A stretch of 62,448 nt of DNA from Alphaproteobacteria bacterium. Its GTDB lineage: Bacteria > Pseudomonadota > Alphaproteobacteria > JABAAW01. Below the pieces are notes generated by a model. The model was not told where the DNA came from. It saw nothing but the letters and a program-made list of their open reading frames with translations, and made no database searches. The DNA lies in contig JABACB010000006.1 in the NCBI GenBank assembly GCA_014237925.1, positions 1 to 62,448 on the forward strand, given 5' to 3'. The position numbers and the translations under genes are program-made. Shown here in pieces: positions 37,886 to 47,941 of this stretch. The first letter of the stretch is position 1. Each line of letters starts with the position of its first letter.

Positions 37886-39118
37886 ATGCCCTCCACCTTC
37901 TTGACGCGAGCGCTGTCTCGCCTGATGTTGCCGCTTTGTGTGGCAGCCATGCTAACCTTGTCGCTCGAAGCGCGCGCCGACCACGATGCCTTTCACAAGA
38001 CGGAGGACAAAGCGCGCGGGCAGACGGTGTGGTTCGCCGCGTGGGCAGGATCGGAGAAGATCAACGCCTACTTGCGCTGGGTCGCCGAGCAGGTGCAAAC
38101 GCGCTACGGGGTGACGCTCAAGCACTTCAAGCTGAACAACACCGCCGATGCCGTCAAGCGCGTGCTGGCAGAGAAGAGTGCCGGCAAAGACACGGGCGGA
38201 GGCATCGATCTGATTTGGATCAACGGCGAGAACTTCCGCACCATGAAAGAGCAGAAGCTGTTGTTCGGTCCCTTCGCAGAGCGTTTGACGAACTGGAAGT
38301 ATGTCGATACGAAGGGCAAGCCGGCAACGACGATGGACTTCACGATCCCGACCGAGGGCTACGAATCGCCGTGGGGAATGGCGCAACTGGTGCTGATCAG
38401 GGATACGGCGCGCGTAGGCAAGGCACCGCGCTCGCTCAAGCAGCTGGCGGCTTATGCGAAGAAGAATCCAGGTCGTTTCACCTATCCCGCGCCGCCGGAT
38501 TTCGTGGGCGTGACCTTTCTGAAACAAGCCCTCTACGATTTGGGCGCGGACAGGGCGACGCTCGCACAGCCTGCAGGCGACAACTTTGAACGGACGACAG
38601 AGCCCTTGTGGAAATTTTTGGATGCGTTGCATCCCGTGTTGTGGCAGAGAGGTCGCAGCTTTCCGAAGAACTGGCCGCATCAAAATCGGCTTCTGAACGA
38701 CGGCGAGATTTATTTTTCGCTCACCTTCAACCCCGGCGATGTCGCCTCCTCGATTGCCGGCGGCACCTTGCCTGAGACGGCGCGCGGCTTCGTCTTCAAG
38801 AAGGGGACGATTGGAAACGCTCACTTCGTCGCCATCCCTTACAACGCGCGTGCCAAGGAGGGAGCGCAGGTGGTGGCAAACTTCCTCCTGTCCGCCGAGG
38901 CGCAAGCGCGCAAGGCCGACTTGAACCTTTGGGGCGATCCCAGTGTCTTGTCGATTGCAAAACTGCCGAAAGCCGAGCGCGCGCGCTTTGCTGAAATCGA
39001 AGCGAAAGCGGCGACAGGCGCGATGAGCGTCAAAGAGCTGGGACGCAGCTTGCCCGAACCCCATCCGAGCTGGCACGACCTTCTCAAGAAGGCATGGCAA
39101 AAACGCTACGGAGGATAA
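37886..39118 (+). CDS. ynjB: ABC transporter substrate-binding protein, YnjB-like
   Basis: ARGQTV.F.AW.G, DLIWINGENF, ESPWG.AQL, GRFTYP.PPDF.G.TFLKQ and HFVAIP.NA motifs. Confidence 0.88.
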   Translation: MPSTFLTRALSRLMLPLCVAAMLTLSLEARADHDAFHKTEDKARGQTVWFAAWAGSEKINAYLRWVAEQVQTRYGVTLKHFKLNNTADAVKRVLAEKSAGKDTGGGIDLIWINGENFRTMKEQKLLFGPFAERLTNWKYVDTKGKPATTMDFTIPTEGYESPWGMAQLVLIRDTARVGKAPRSLKQLAAYAKKNPGRFTYPAPPDFVGVTFLKQALYDLGADRATLAQPAGDNFERTTEPLWKFLDALHPVLWQRGRSFPKNWPHQNRLLNDGEIYFSLTFNPGDVASSIAGGTLPETARGFVFKKGTIGNAHFVAIPYNARAKEGAQVVANFLLSAEAQARKADLNLWGDPSVLSIAKLPKAERARFAEIEAKAATGAMSVKELGRSLPEPHPSWHDLLKKAWQKRYGG

Positions 39119-39599
39119 GAACATGCGCTGCTCCGCTCACCCAAAACCAAAGGGGCGATGCGTGAACAAAGAAGAAGCGCAACGATAAGGCAAGCGGCAA
39201 GGACAAGAGCAACGACGCAGAGGGCGATCTCGTCTTCGACGACTTCGTGGTCACCCGCACCATTGCGGTGGCGTGCAAAGAGCTGGGGCGAAGATGGAGA
39301 AGATGGATATGTCACGACATCAACGATGGGGCTGTCAGAATCGCCTGCGAGCTTGTCGCTCAAGCCTCTCTGACTCCGTCGTTGTTTGCGAAAAGGGACA
39401 CGACATCGAAGCAGGCGGAGGTTGCGTTGTGGACGAATCCGCGCTACAAGGTCTGCGTGCGAAGAGCAGACTTGGGGGAAGGTGGCACTCATTCCTACGG
39501 CGTTTTTCGCCCCCTCGTTGCCCTCTCCCCTCGCCGCCCTCTCTCCTCCTCGTCCTCTCTCCTCCTCGCCCTCTCTTTTCGGCGATAATGCGCTGCGCA

Positions 39600-39680
39600 A
39601 GGGCAAGAGAGCAAGAGTAAGAATAAGAGCAAGAGCAAGAGCAAGAGCAAGAGTAAGAGTAAGAGCAAGGACAAGGATAT
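39600..39680. repeat. 6 bp microsatellite (aagagc/aagagt)n
   Basis: About 12 units upstream of the permease. Confidence 0.9.
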
Positions 39681-39696
39681 AAGGGGAGAAGTTGCG

Positions 39697-41487
39697 ATGC
39701 GTTTTGCCCCCCCCCTGACCCTGTTGCTGTTCCTTGCTCCCGTCTTGTGCGGGCTGGCTGCGGTCGTGCTGCCCGCCTTCGGCTACTTTCCCGCGCTCGG
39801 ATTGCGCGACCTTTCGCTCGCGCCGCTAGCTGCGTTTTTGGAAGTTCCGCACCTGCTCGATTCTGTCCTTTTCACGCTTAGTTGCGGCTTGGGCGCGACC
39901 TTGCTCTCGTGCCTCGTCGTCTTTGCGCTGTTTTCCTCCTTCGGCGAGCGCGGCGTGATGCGCTTTTTTCGCCGCTGCCTCGCGCCCTTGCTCTCCGTTC
40001 CGCACGCGGCGATCGCGCTGGGCATGGGTTTTTTGTTCGCTCCCAGCGGCTGGTTTCTGCGCGCGTTCTCCCCTTGGCTGACGGGCTTCGAAGAGCCGCC
40101 CTTGTGGCTGACAAACCCCGACCCTTACGGAATCTTGTATGTTCTCGCGCTTGTCGTCAAGGAGGTGCCGTTTCTGTTTCTGATGACGCTCTCCGCCGAG
40201 AACGCCGCGAACGCACCGCGCGCCCTCTTCGTGGCGCAGGGCTTGGGCTACGCACGCCGTGCAGCCTTTTGTCATAGCGTCTTGCCGATGCTCTATCGAC
40301 GCTTGCGTCTTCCGATCTACGCTGTCTTGGCGTTTTCGCTGACAAACCTGGAGGTAGCCTTGACGCTGGGACCCTCGCGCCCAGGGTTGTTTGCCGAGCG
40401 ATTGCTGGCTTTGGCGAACGCTCCCGATCTAGCGCAACAGCCCACAGCCGCCGCCGCAGCGTTGTTTCAAGTGCTGCTGGTGGCAGGCGCGATCGTCTTA
40501 TGGCGCGGCGGCGAAAAAATGATCGAAACCTGCTGGCGCGCAGGGTTGCAAGCAAAAAAGACGACAGGCTTTGTCATGGGAGATACAAGGGGAGGTACAA
40601 GAGGAGGCATAAGGGGAGGCATAAGCCGTTGCAACGACACGCTTAAGAACATGCTTGCAGGCGGCGGCGGGCTGCTCGTCTGCCTGCTCGGATTGCTTGC
40701 GATCGCGCTCTTGCCTCTGTGGTCCTTCGCAAAAACATGGCGATTCCCTTCCGCCTTGCCTGATACATGGACGCTCGCTTTGTGGAGCAACAAGTTCGAG
40801 CGAATTCTCGCCCCTCTATGGCTTTCGCTCACCCTCGCCTTGGCGGCGGCGGCGTGCGCCTTGCTGCTCTGCATGCTGTGCTTGGAGCAGGAGTCGCGGC
40901 AGAAAACGCGCCGCATCGACAAGAATCCCAATTCACAAACCAATTCACAAACCAAAGCACAAGCCAAGGCGATGGTGGCTCTCTATTTGCCGTTGTTGTT
41001 GCCGCAGACCTCGTTTTTGTTCGGCATTCAGATCTTGCTGTTTTCTCTTTCTTTGCAGGCGAGTTGGTTGATTCTCGTGTGGTCGCACATGCTTTTTGTG
41101 CTGCCTTATGTGTTTCTCTCGTTGAGCGGATCATGGCGTAGTTTGGATCGAAGGTTCGCCTTGACCGCCGAAAGCTTGGGTTGCTCGCCTGCGCGCAGGC
41201 TTGTGCGCGTGACGCTGCCGTTGTTGTTGAAGCCTCTGCTGACCGCGTTCGCGTTGGGGGTTTCTGTTTCGATCGCGCTGTACGCGCCCAGCGTCTTGAT
41301 CGGCGCGGGGCGTTATGCGACCTTGACGAGCGAGGCGGTCGCGCTTTCGTCGGGGGGCGATCGTCGCATCGTCGGTGCGTTCGCGTTGTTGCAGGCAGCC
41401 TTGCCTTGTTTCTTCTTTATGGCGGCTTTGCTGGTGCCGCGAGTTGTGTGGCGCAAGCGCGCCTTCATGAGAGGACTCTACGGCTGA
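39697..41487 (+). CDS. ynjC: ABC transporter permease, YnjC-like (two fused TM domains)
   Basis: LS.PHAA.A.G, APSGW..R, KE.PFL, W.FP.ALP and H..FV.PY..L.L motifs. Confidence 0.88.
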   Translation: MRFAPPLTLLLFLAPVLCGLAAVVLPAFGYFPALGLRDLSLAPLAAFLEVPHLLDSVLFTLSCGLGATLLSCLVVFALFSSFGERGVMRFFRRCLAPLLSVPHAAIALGMGFLFAPSGWFLRAFSPWLTGFEEPPLWLTNPDPYGILYVLALVVKEVPFLFLMTLSAENAANAPRALFVAQGLGYARRAAFCHSVLPMLYRRLRLPIYAVLAFSLTNLEVALTLGPSRPGLFAERLLALANAPDLAQQPTAAAAALFQVLLVAGAIVLWRGGEKMIETCWRAGLQAKKTTGFVMGDTRGGTRGGIRGGISRCNDTLKNMLAGGGGLLVCLLGLLAIALLPLWSFAKTWRFPSALPDTWTLALWSNKFERILAPLWLSLTLALAAAACALLLCMLCLEQESRQKTRRIDKNPNSQTNSQTKAQAKAMVALYLPLLLPQTSFLFGIQILLFSLSLQASWLILVWSHMLFVLPYVFLSLSGSWRSLDRRFALTAESLGCSPARRLVRVTLPLLLKPLLTAFALGVSVSIALYAPSVLIGAGRYATLTSEAVALSSGGDRRIVGAFALLQAALPCFFFMAALLVPRVVWRKRAFMRGLYG

Positions 41488-41653
41488 GCTACGGCTGAGC
41501 CAAACTAGGTTGGGTGAGGCTATAAGGTTAGACTATAGGGCTAGGCTATAGGGTTAGACTATAGGGTTAGACTGGGGGTTAGTTAGGCTGTGGGGTGAGG
41601 CGCAAGGGGGTGGACGCGCTAAGTTGAGGCGTTAGGGGCAAGGAGGTAGACGG

Positions 41654-42337
41654 GTGACAAAACAAGCGGCACAAGGTTGCCAAGAAAGCCACGAGGGGTT
41701 GCGCTTGGAGGGCGTTTCGCTGTTTTTGGACGAGCAGTGCTTCGTGCGTGCACTCGACTTGCAGGTCGGGCGCGGCGAGATCGTCGTCTTCATGGGGGCG
41801 AGCGGGTCGGGCAAGTCGTCGTTGCTCTCGTATTTGTGCGGTGCGCTCTCGTCTTCCTTCCGCGCGTGCGGTCGCGTCTTCTTGGACGGCGAGGAGATCA
41901 CCGAGCTGCCCGTCTGTCTGCGTCGCGTCGGGCTGCTGTTTCAGGAGGACTTGCTCTTTCCTCACATGTCGGTCGGCGAGAACTTGGCGTTTGCAGCGCG
42001 GGTTGTCGAAGATTCGCGCGCGCAAATTCGCGCGCGCGTCGAAGAGGCGCTAGAGCAGGCGGGACTTTCGGCGTTCGGCGCGCGCGATCCGCACAGTCTT
42101 TCGGGCGGTCAGAAAGCGCGCGTCTCGTTGATGCGCTGCCTGCTCGCGCGTCCGCGCGCCTTGCTGTTGGACGAGCCGTTCTCGAAGTTGGACTTGCCTT
42201 TGCGGCGTAGCTTTCGTCGCTTCGTTTTTGCCAAGATCAAAGAGCGCGGCGTGCCGACCCTTCTCGTGACGCACGATCCTGCCGACGCGCGTGCTGCGGG
42301 GGGAAGGCTGCTGGCGATGGAACACTTAGCAAATTAA
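41654..42337 (+). CDS. ynjD: ABC transporter ATP-binding protein, YnjD-like
   Basis: GASGSGKS, LFQEDLLFPH, LSGGQKARV and LLLDEPFSKLD motifs. Confidence 0.88.
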   Translation: MTKQAAQGCQESHEGLRLEGVSLFLDEQCFVRALDLQVGRGEIVVFMGASGSGKSSLLSYLCGALSSSFRACGRVFLDGEEITELPVCLRRVGLLFQEDLLFPHMSVGENLAFAARVVEDSRAQIRARVEEALEQAGLSAFGARDPHSLSGGQKARVSLMRCLLARPRALLLDEPFSKLDLPLRRSFRRFVFAKIKERGVPTLLVTHDPADARAAGGRLLAMEHLAN

Positions 42338-42449
42338 CTCGGCAAAAAACTCGGAAAATTAACTCGGCAAAATAACTTGACAAAAAACTTGACAAAAAAC
42401 TTAGTGTAAAAATTCTTGTAAGCCGTTGATATTGCTGAAGAAATTCTGT

Positions 42450-42465
42450 TGGCACAAGTCTTGCG
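42450..42465 (+). promoter_or_regulatory. Sigma-54 (-24/-12) promoter
   Basis: TGGCAC-AAGTC-TTGC with exact GG-N10-GC spacing, in an intergenic region behind an AT-rich tract. Confidence 0.7.
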
Positions 42466-42561
42466 ATGAAGAGAGAAATGAGACAAGGGCGAACTCCTTC
42501 GTGGAGTCCTGCACGGGCTTCGAAGATGCCGAGAGAAGAGAGCAGAACAGAGGTGGCGAGT

Positions 42562-42780
42562 ATGTCGGAAGATACGGTGTTGTTGGCGGAGCCTGCGCCG
42601 AGCGCAGATTTCGAGGGAGCGTTGCAAGATTTGGAAATGTTGGCGCACGAGGAGCTGCATCGTCTGCATGCGTCTTCGGATGAAGAGGCGTTGAACGGCG
42701 CATCGGTCGCGCCGACCTTGGCGTGCTTGGTCGAGCGGCTGGCGGAACTGGGAAGGGAGGCACGACCGCAACGAAGGTAA
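42562..42780 (+). CDS. Small acidic helical hypothetical protein (72 aa)
   Basis: GAGGTGG RBS-like site before ATG 42562; upstream sigma-54 motif; no family recognised. Confidence 0.55.
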   Translation: MSEDTVLLAEPAPSADFEGALQDLEMLAHEELHRLHASSDEEALNGASVAPTLACLVERLAELGREARPQRR

Positions 42781-42987
42781 TATTCAAGGACAGCGAAGCG
42801 TGATGAGAAGACACGCTTGGCAGTGAGGTTCGCGCGTGTGGTTCCTTCTTCTCTCTTGCCCTTCCATGCGTGCGACAGTTGGCCGGCTCCCCCGACAAAA
42901 ACAGAACAACGGGGGGGCCGGTCTTTTTTTAAATTCTTGAGATAAACCTTAGAGATAGACAAAGACTACACGCTTCGTGAATGTTTC

Positions 42988-43707
42988 TCACCGAGTCGGA
43001 ACGATCTTCTTCTCCCGCAAAGTCAGGCGCCGTCCAACCCCCCGCACCAGCCTCTCGTCGTGGGTTGCCACCAACACAGCCCTATCCTCGCACATCTCCA
43101 TCATCAACTCGAAGACGGAAAGCCGCAACTTCGCGTCCAAGTTGCCCGTGGGCTCGTCCGCCAGCAACAACGACGGATCGTTGACAAGCGCCCTCGCAAT
43201 GGCAACACGTTGCCTCTCCCCTCCCGAAAGCTGGCTCGGACGATGGTGCAATCGATCCTTCAAGTCAACGCGGTAGAGCATCTCGCGTGCTCGCGTGCGG
43301 GCTGCCTCAGGGGTTGCACCCAGAATGCGCGCCGCCAAGGCGACATTGTCTTGCGCAGAAAACTCGTCCAGCAGGTGGTGGAACTGATAGACAAACCCGA
43401 CATGGCGCGCACGCAGAAAGCTCGCGCGTTCTTGAAAACTCTTCTTGCGCGGATCGGGGCTCTCGCCCGCCAAGCTGACCTTGCCCGCGCTGGGTTTGGC
43501 GAGCAGTGCTGCGATGTGCAGTACCGTCGATTTGCCGCTGCCTGAAGGCGCGCTGAGCGCTGCCTTCTCGCCCTTTCGCAAGGTGAGGGAGGCTTCGTCC
43601 AACACTTGCAGCCCCGTTGCGGATTGGCTGTCGAATGTTTGCGAAACCTTGTCCAAGACGAGCGCGGCTGTCGAACCCGTCTGCGGCGGCGGTGATCTCG
43701 AACTCAC
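42988..43707 (-). CDS. lolD: Lipoprotein-releasing ABC ATPase
   Basis: [35 protein letters not shown] and ADEPTGNLD motifs; GTGA coupling to lolE. Confidence 0.93.
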   Translation of the reverse strand: MSSRSPPPQTGSTAALVLDKVSQTFDSQSATGLQVLDEASLTLRKGEKAALSAPSGSGKSTVLHIAALLAKPSAGKVSLAGESPDPRKKSFQERASFLRARHVGFVYQFHHLLDEFSAQDNVALAARILGATPEAARTRAREMLYRVDLKDRLHHRPSQLSGGERQRVAIARALVNDPSLLLADEPTGNLDAKLRLSVFELMMEMCEDRAVLVATHDERLVRGVGRRLTLREKKIVPTR

Positions 43708-44951
43708 GAGCTGCGGAGGATGTCGATCGGCGAAAGCTTCGCCGCTCGCCGTGCAGGGTAGAGCGCGCTTGCAAAACTGACCGCCACAGCGAGCGCAATG
43801 ATGACCGCAACTTGCGTGAGATCGATACGCGAAGGCAGCGAGGGCAGCGAGTAGACATCGAAAGGGAAGAGGCGAATGCCGAAGAGACGCTCGAAAAACC
43901 GCTCGACAGAGACGATGTTGTCCGCAAAGACCAGCCCCAACAGCGCACCGCAGAAAGTTCCTGCCACACCGATCGAACAGCCGATGGCGAGAAAGATGCG
44001 TAAAACGCCGTTCGGACTCATGCCAAGCGAGCGCAGTACGGCGATGCCCTGTCGCTTGTCTTGCACCAGCATGACCTGTCCTGAGACGATGTTGAAGGCT
44101 GCGATCAGCACGATCAGCGTCAAAATAAGAAACATGACATTGCGCTCCACGATCAGCGCCTCGTGCAGGCTGGAGTGTTGTTCCTGCCAAGTGCGTACAG
44201 CAAACCGTTCCGGCAACAGCTGTTGCAAGCGTCTTTGGACGGAGGCAGCCTGTTCGGGATGCTCCAGTCGCAGCTCGATCGTATCGACGCTTTGTCCGTA
44301 GCCAAGGAGGTTTTGCGCGCGCGCGAGCGGCAGCAGCACGAAGCCGTTGTCATACTCGTAGATCTCGGTCTTGAAGATCCCGACCAACGGCAGCGTCGCT
44401 TCGTTCGGAAGGCTGCCGAAGGCAGTAGGAACCCCTTGCGGCACAAGGAGGACGAGCCCGTCGCCCAGCTCCAGCCCCAGACGCAGTGCCAGCTGGTCTC
44501 CGATCAGCACGCCCTCCTGCTCGGCAAAGGCGGTGCGCGATTCGACGGAAAGCGAACGAAAAAGACGCGGCTTGTGCGGCAAGCTTGAAGCCGAAAGTCC
44601 GCGTAGCAAAACGCCCGTCGAAATGCCGCGCACGCTCAACAACGCCTGCCCCTCGACGAGCGAGGTGGCAGAGCGTACTTGCGAATCTTCCTGCGCGCGC
44701 GCGCTCCATTGTTCGGGATCGTCGATCTTGTCGCCGGGCATCGTGATCGAGGCTTCGGAGGTAAAGCCCAGCATGCGATCGAACAGCTCTTCGCGGAAGC
44801 CGTTCATCACCGAGGTGACCACGATCAAGGTCGCAACCCCCAGCGCGATCCCCACCAACGCAAAAACGCTAGTCAAGGTGATGATGCCCTCGTTGCGCGG
44901 CGCACGCAGATAGCGCCAAGCGACGAAGCGCTCAGTCGAAGACGGGATCAT
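43704..44951 (-). CDS. lolE: Lipoprotein-releasing ABC permease LolC/E
   Basis: A.RYLR, GIALGVATLIVV.SVMNGF and ERNVMFLIL.LI.LIAAFNI motifs. Confidence 0.92.
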   Translation of the reverse strand: MIPSSTERFVAWRYLRAPRNEGIITLTSVFALVGIALGVATLIVVTSVMNGFREELFDRMLGFTSEASITMPGDKIDDPEQWSARAQEDSQVRSATSLVEGQALLSVRGISTGVLLRGLSASSLPHKPRLFRSLSVESRTAFAEQEGVLIGDQLALRLGLELGDGLVLLVPQGVPTAFGSLPNEATLPLVGIFKTEIYEYDNGFVLLPLARAQNLLGYGQSVDTIELRLEHPEQAASVQRRLQQLLPERFAVRTWQEQHSSLHEALIVERNVMFLILTLIVLIAAFNIVSGQVMLVQDKRQGIAVLRSLGMSPNGVLRIFLAIGCSIGVAGTFCGALLGLVFADNIVSVERFFERLFGIRLFPFDVYSLPSLPSRIDLTQVAVIIALAVAVSFASALYPARRAAKLSPIDILRSS

Positions 44952-46329
44952 GAGCTCTTGTCAGCTTCAAGCTTTCGCGCACCTTGGCAAGCGCGTTCTC
45001 CAGAGGCAGCGTTTGTTTTTTGTTGCCGTCGCGCCGTTTCAGCTCGACGCTGTCTTTGGGGTTCTTGTCGCCGACGACAATCTGCCACGGCACGCCTACC
45101 AAGTCCATCTCGGCGAACTTCACGCCCGCGCGCACATCGAGACGGTCGTCGTAGAGCGTCTCGATACCCTCGCGGCACAGCCCTTCGTAGAGCGCTTCTG
45201 CCTCCTGCCTCCCTTTCTCGTCCAAAGCGAGCGAGACCAAGCCTACGGAGAAAGGCGCGATAGAATCGTGCCAGACGATGCCGTTCGCGTCGTGCGAGGA
45301 CTCGATGGCAGCGGCGACCAGCCGCGAGATGCCGACCCCATACGAGCCCATGGCAACGGGGACGCTGCCGCCTTGTCGAGTTGCAACGCTAGCCTCCAGC
45401 GGACGCGAGTACTTGTCGGCGAAGAAGAAGACATGTCCAACCTCGATGCCTCTGGTCGAAACCCTGCGCGCTGCGGGAACCTCCGCAGCGAAGCGCTCGG
45501 CATCGTGTTCTTCGTCGGTGGCAGCATAGCAGGAGGTGGCGCGCGCGAAGGCGTCGGCGTGCGCCTTGGCATCATTGCCCTTGTCGTCATTGCCCTTGGC
45601 ATCATTGCCCTTGTCGTCCTGCCACTTTTGTTCCAATAGCGTGCTGTCGCAATAGACGGCGCTCTCGCCCGTGTCCGCCAAGACGACGAACTCGTGGCTG
45701 TTGTTGCCGCCGATCGGTCCGGTCTCGGCGCGCATCGGCACCGCCGTCATTCCCATGCGCTCGAAGGTACGCAGGTAGGAGACCGCCATCGCTCGATACG
45801 AAGCCATCCCCTGCTCCTCGTCCGCGTCGAAAGAATAGGCATCCTTCATGTAGAACTCGCGCGCGCGCATGACCCCGAAGCGAGGACGAATCTCGTCGCG
45901 GAACTTCCACTGGATGTGATACAGACGGCACGGAAGATCCTTGTAGCTCTTCGTCGTCTCAGCGAACAGCTGCGTGATCGCCTCTTCGTTCGTAGGACCG
46001 TACAGCAGGGGGGCGTCGTGGCGATCGGTGATGCGTAGCATTTCTTTGCCGTAGTCGTCGTAGCGTCCCGACTTCTTCCACAGCTCCGCCGACTGAATCG
46101 TCGGCATCAGGCACTCGTGCGCACCGATGCGGTCTTGCTCGGCGCGCACGATCACTTCGATCTTCTTCATGACGCGAAAGCCCAGCGGCAGCCAGTTGTA
46201 GAGCCCTGCGCTCGCTTGGCGAATCATTCCGGCGCGCAACATCAGACGATGCGAGACGACCGAGGCTTCGGCAGGCTCTTCGCGCAGCGTCGGCAGAAAG
46301 TACCGCGAGCGGCGGACACCGATTTTCAT
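44932..46329 (-). CDS. proS: Prolyl-tRNA synthetase (short alphaproteobacterial type)
   Basis: SH.LMLRAGMI, GPTNEE, KFRDE.RPRFG.MR.REF, GIEVGH and MGSYG.G motifs. Confidence 0.97.
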   Translation of the reverse strand: MKIGVRRSRYFLPTLREEPAEASVVSHRLMLRAGMIRQASAGLYNWLPLGFRVMKKIEVIVRAEQDRIGAHECLMPTIQSAELWKKSGRYDDYGKEMLRITDRHDAPLLYGPTNEEAITQLFAETTKSYKDLPCRLYHIQWKFRDEIRPRFGVMRAREFYMKDAYSFDADEEQGMASYRAMAVSYLRTFERMGMTAVPMRAETGPIGGNNSHEFVVLADTGESAVYCDSTLLEQKWQDDKGNDAKGNDDKGNDAKAHADAFARATSCYAATDEEHDAERFAAEVPAARRVSTRGIEVGHVFFFADKYSRPLEASVATRQGGSVPVAMGSYGVGISRLVAAAIESSHDANGIVWHDSIAPFSVGLVSLALDEKGRQEAEALYEGLCREGIETLYDDRLDVRAGVKFAEMDLVGVPWQIVVGDKNPKDSVELKRRDGNKKQTLPLENALAKVRESLKLTRAHDPVFD

Positions 46330-46467
46330 GGCGGAAAATCTCGTGGAAGAGCTTGTGGATCGCAACCCCCACTCTAGCACAAGGCGAGCGCCGAGACAAA
46401 CAACCCTCGCGTGTCAAAATTGTCAAAAAAAGATCGCACCGCGTTCGTTTTTGGTTATGCTTCGCCA

Positions 46468-46523
46468 GCAAGGACAACGAAGCAAGGACAACGAAGCAAG
46501 GACAACGAAGCAAGGACAACGAA
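46468..46523. repeat. 14 bp tandem repeat x4 (gcaaggacaacgaa)
   Basis: Perfect units just upstream of ATG 46540. Confidence 0.95.
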
Positions 46524-46539
46524 GAGAGGAAAAGAAGCG

Positions 46540-47934
46540 ATGCGATGGATTATGTTACGCTTGTTGCTGCTAGGCGGAATGCTGCTACCGACAGAATCGA
46601 CGGCGGAGCAGTTGCTCTTTGACAAGGAGGACAAGGAAGAAAAAACCGTCTTTCGCTACATCTATCAGGATAGTGCGAAGCGCAGCGAGAAGATCAACTT
46701 CGCGTTGCCGACGAAGACGATCGTAGCATCCGAAACATTGCTGCCAGACAACGCCGCGCTCGACCGCGCGGCAAGCGACTTCCTGCTGATCGAAGGGCAG
46801 GCGACGGCAGCCAAATACCTGCTCGCCTTGCAAGCGGGCTTCGACGCTGCCATCGCCAGCATTCAAAGTTCGATTGCAACCTTCAACGGCAGGCTGGGCG
46901 CGAAGGTCGTTTCCATGACCGTGAAAAAGCCCTCGACGCTGGAGCTGCAGCTGCGGCTTTCGGGAAACGATCTGCTGGACATCCAAGTCTCGTCGCTCGT
47001 GCCGGGGATGGCATTTGCTCGCAACACGCAAACCTTCACAACGCAGACTTATGCCGATCTCGAGGCGATCGTCGCCCAAGCGAACAACGCCTTGCCTGAA
47101 GGGTTGCAATTCTCCGTTGTCAAGGAGGGGGGCGGAATAAAAATTCCTCTGAAAAACGAGAAGCGCATCTACGACAAAGGCACGCGCGCACGCGCCGCGC
47201 AAACTGTCAGCAAGACGAACGCACGCTTGCGCACGCGTCTCGCGCGGCACAAAAGCGACTTGCTGGAAATCGGCAAGTTTGTCGAGGGCAGCAAGGAGCG
47301 CGCTCAAGCCTTGATTACAGAGACTTCGCAACGTCTGTCCTTGGCACGCAAGGATGTCATCGCGGATATGAAGGTCAACAAATTTCAGTTCTACGCCGCG
47401 CACTACCTTCTCCCCTCGAAGAAGGACGAGAACCGAACCTTGATCGATTACGCCCGCATTGCACAACAGGCGCAAGTGCGCCTGCGTCCTATCGCGCACG
47501 CCTTTCGCGCTCGATCCAAAGGACAGAGCGTACGCGCGCAGGTCGCCGAGGTGCTGCACTTTTTTCAAAACATTCCCTATAACGATCTGACGCAAGGCAA
47601 AGTGCGCGGTTTCAAGGGCTTCTCGCCGCCGTTGGAAATGATCGCGCAAAACTTGGGCGACTGCGACTCCAAAGCCACCGCCATGATGGGGCTCTTGCGT
47701 CTGCTGGAAGAAGAACGATCCGTTGCCATCTTTCTTGTTCCCAAGCACGCCTTCCTCGGTGTCGAGATGGAGCCGCGCGAAGACGACGCTCACTACACCT
47801 ATCAAGGAACAACCTATGTGCTGATGGAGCCTACAGGACCGCGCGTCCGTCCGATCGGCTCGTTGTTGAAAAGCTCCCGCGAACATTTGCAGGCAGGGCG
47901 CATCGACGACATCGTCGCGCTCTCGCCGCGCTAG
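46540..47934 (+). CDS. Exported protein with C-terminal transglutaminase-like (Cys-His) domain
   Basis: Signal-like N-terminus; F.Q.IPY, GDCDSKA, P.HA.LGV and YVL.EPTGP motifs. Confidence 0.7.
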   Translation: MRWIMLRLLLLGGMLLPTESTAEQLLFDKEDKEEKTVFRYIYQDSAKRSEKINFALPTKTIVASETLLPDNAALDRAASDFLLIEGQATAAKYLLALQAGFDAAIASIQSSIATFNGRLGAKVVSMTVKKPSTLELQLRLSGNDLLDIQVSSLVPGMAFARNTQTFTTQTYADLEAIVAQANNALPEGLQFSVVKEGGGIKIPLKNEKRIYDKGTRARAAQTVSKTNARLRTRLARHKSDLLEIGKFVEGSKERAQALITETSQRLSLARKDVIADMKVNKFQFYAAHYLLPSKKDENRTLIDYARIAQQAQVRLRPIAHAFRARSKGQSVRAQVAEVLHFFQNIPYNDLTQGKVRGFKGFSPPLEMIAQNLGDCDSKATAMMGLLRLLEEERSVAIFLVPKHAFLGVEMEPREDDAHYTYQGTTYVLMEPTGPRVRPIGSLLKSSREHLQAGRIDDIVALSPR

Positions 47935-47941
47935 CAGTGCG

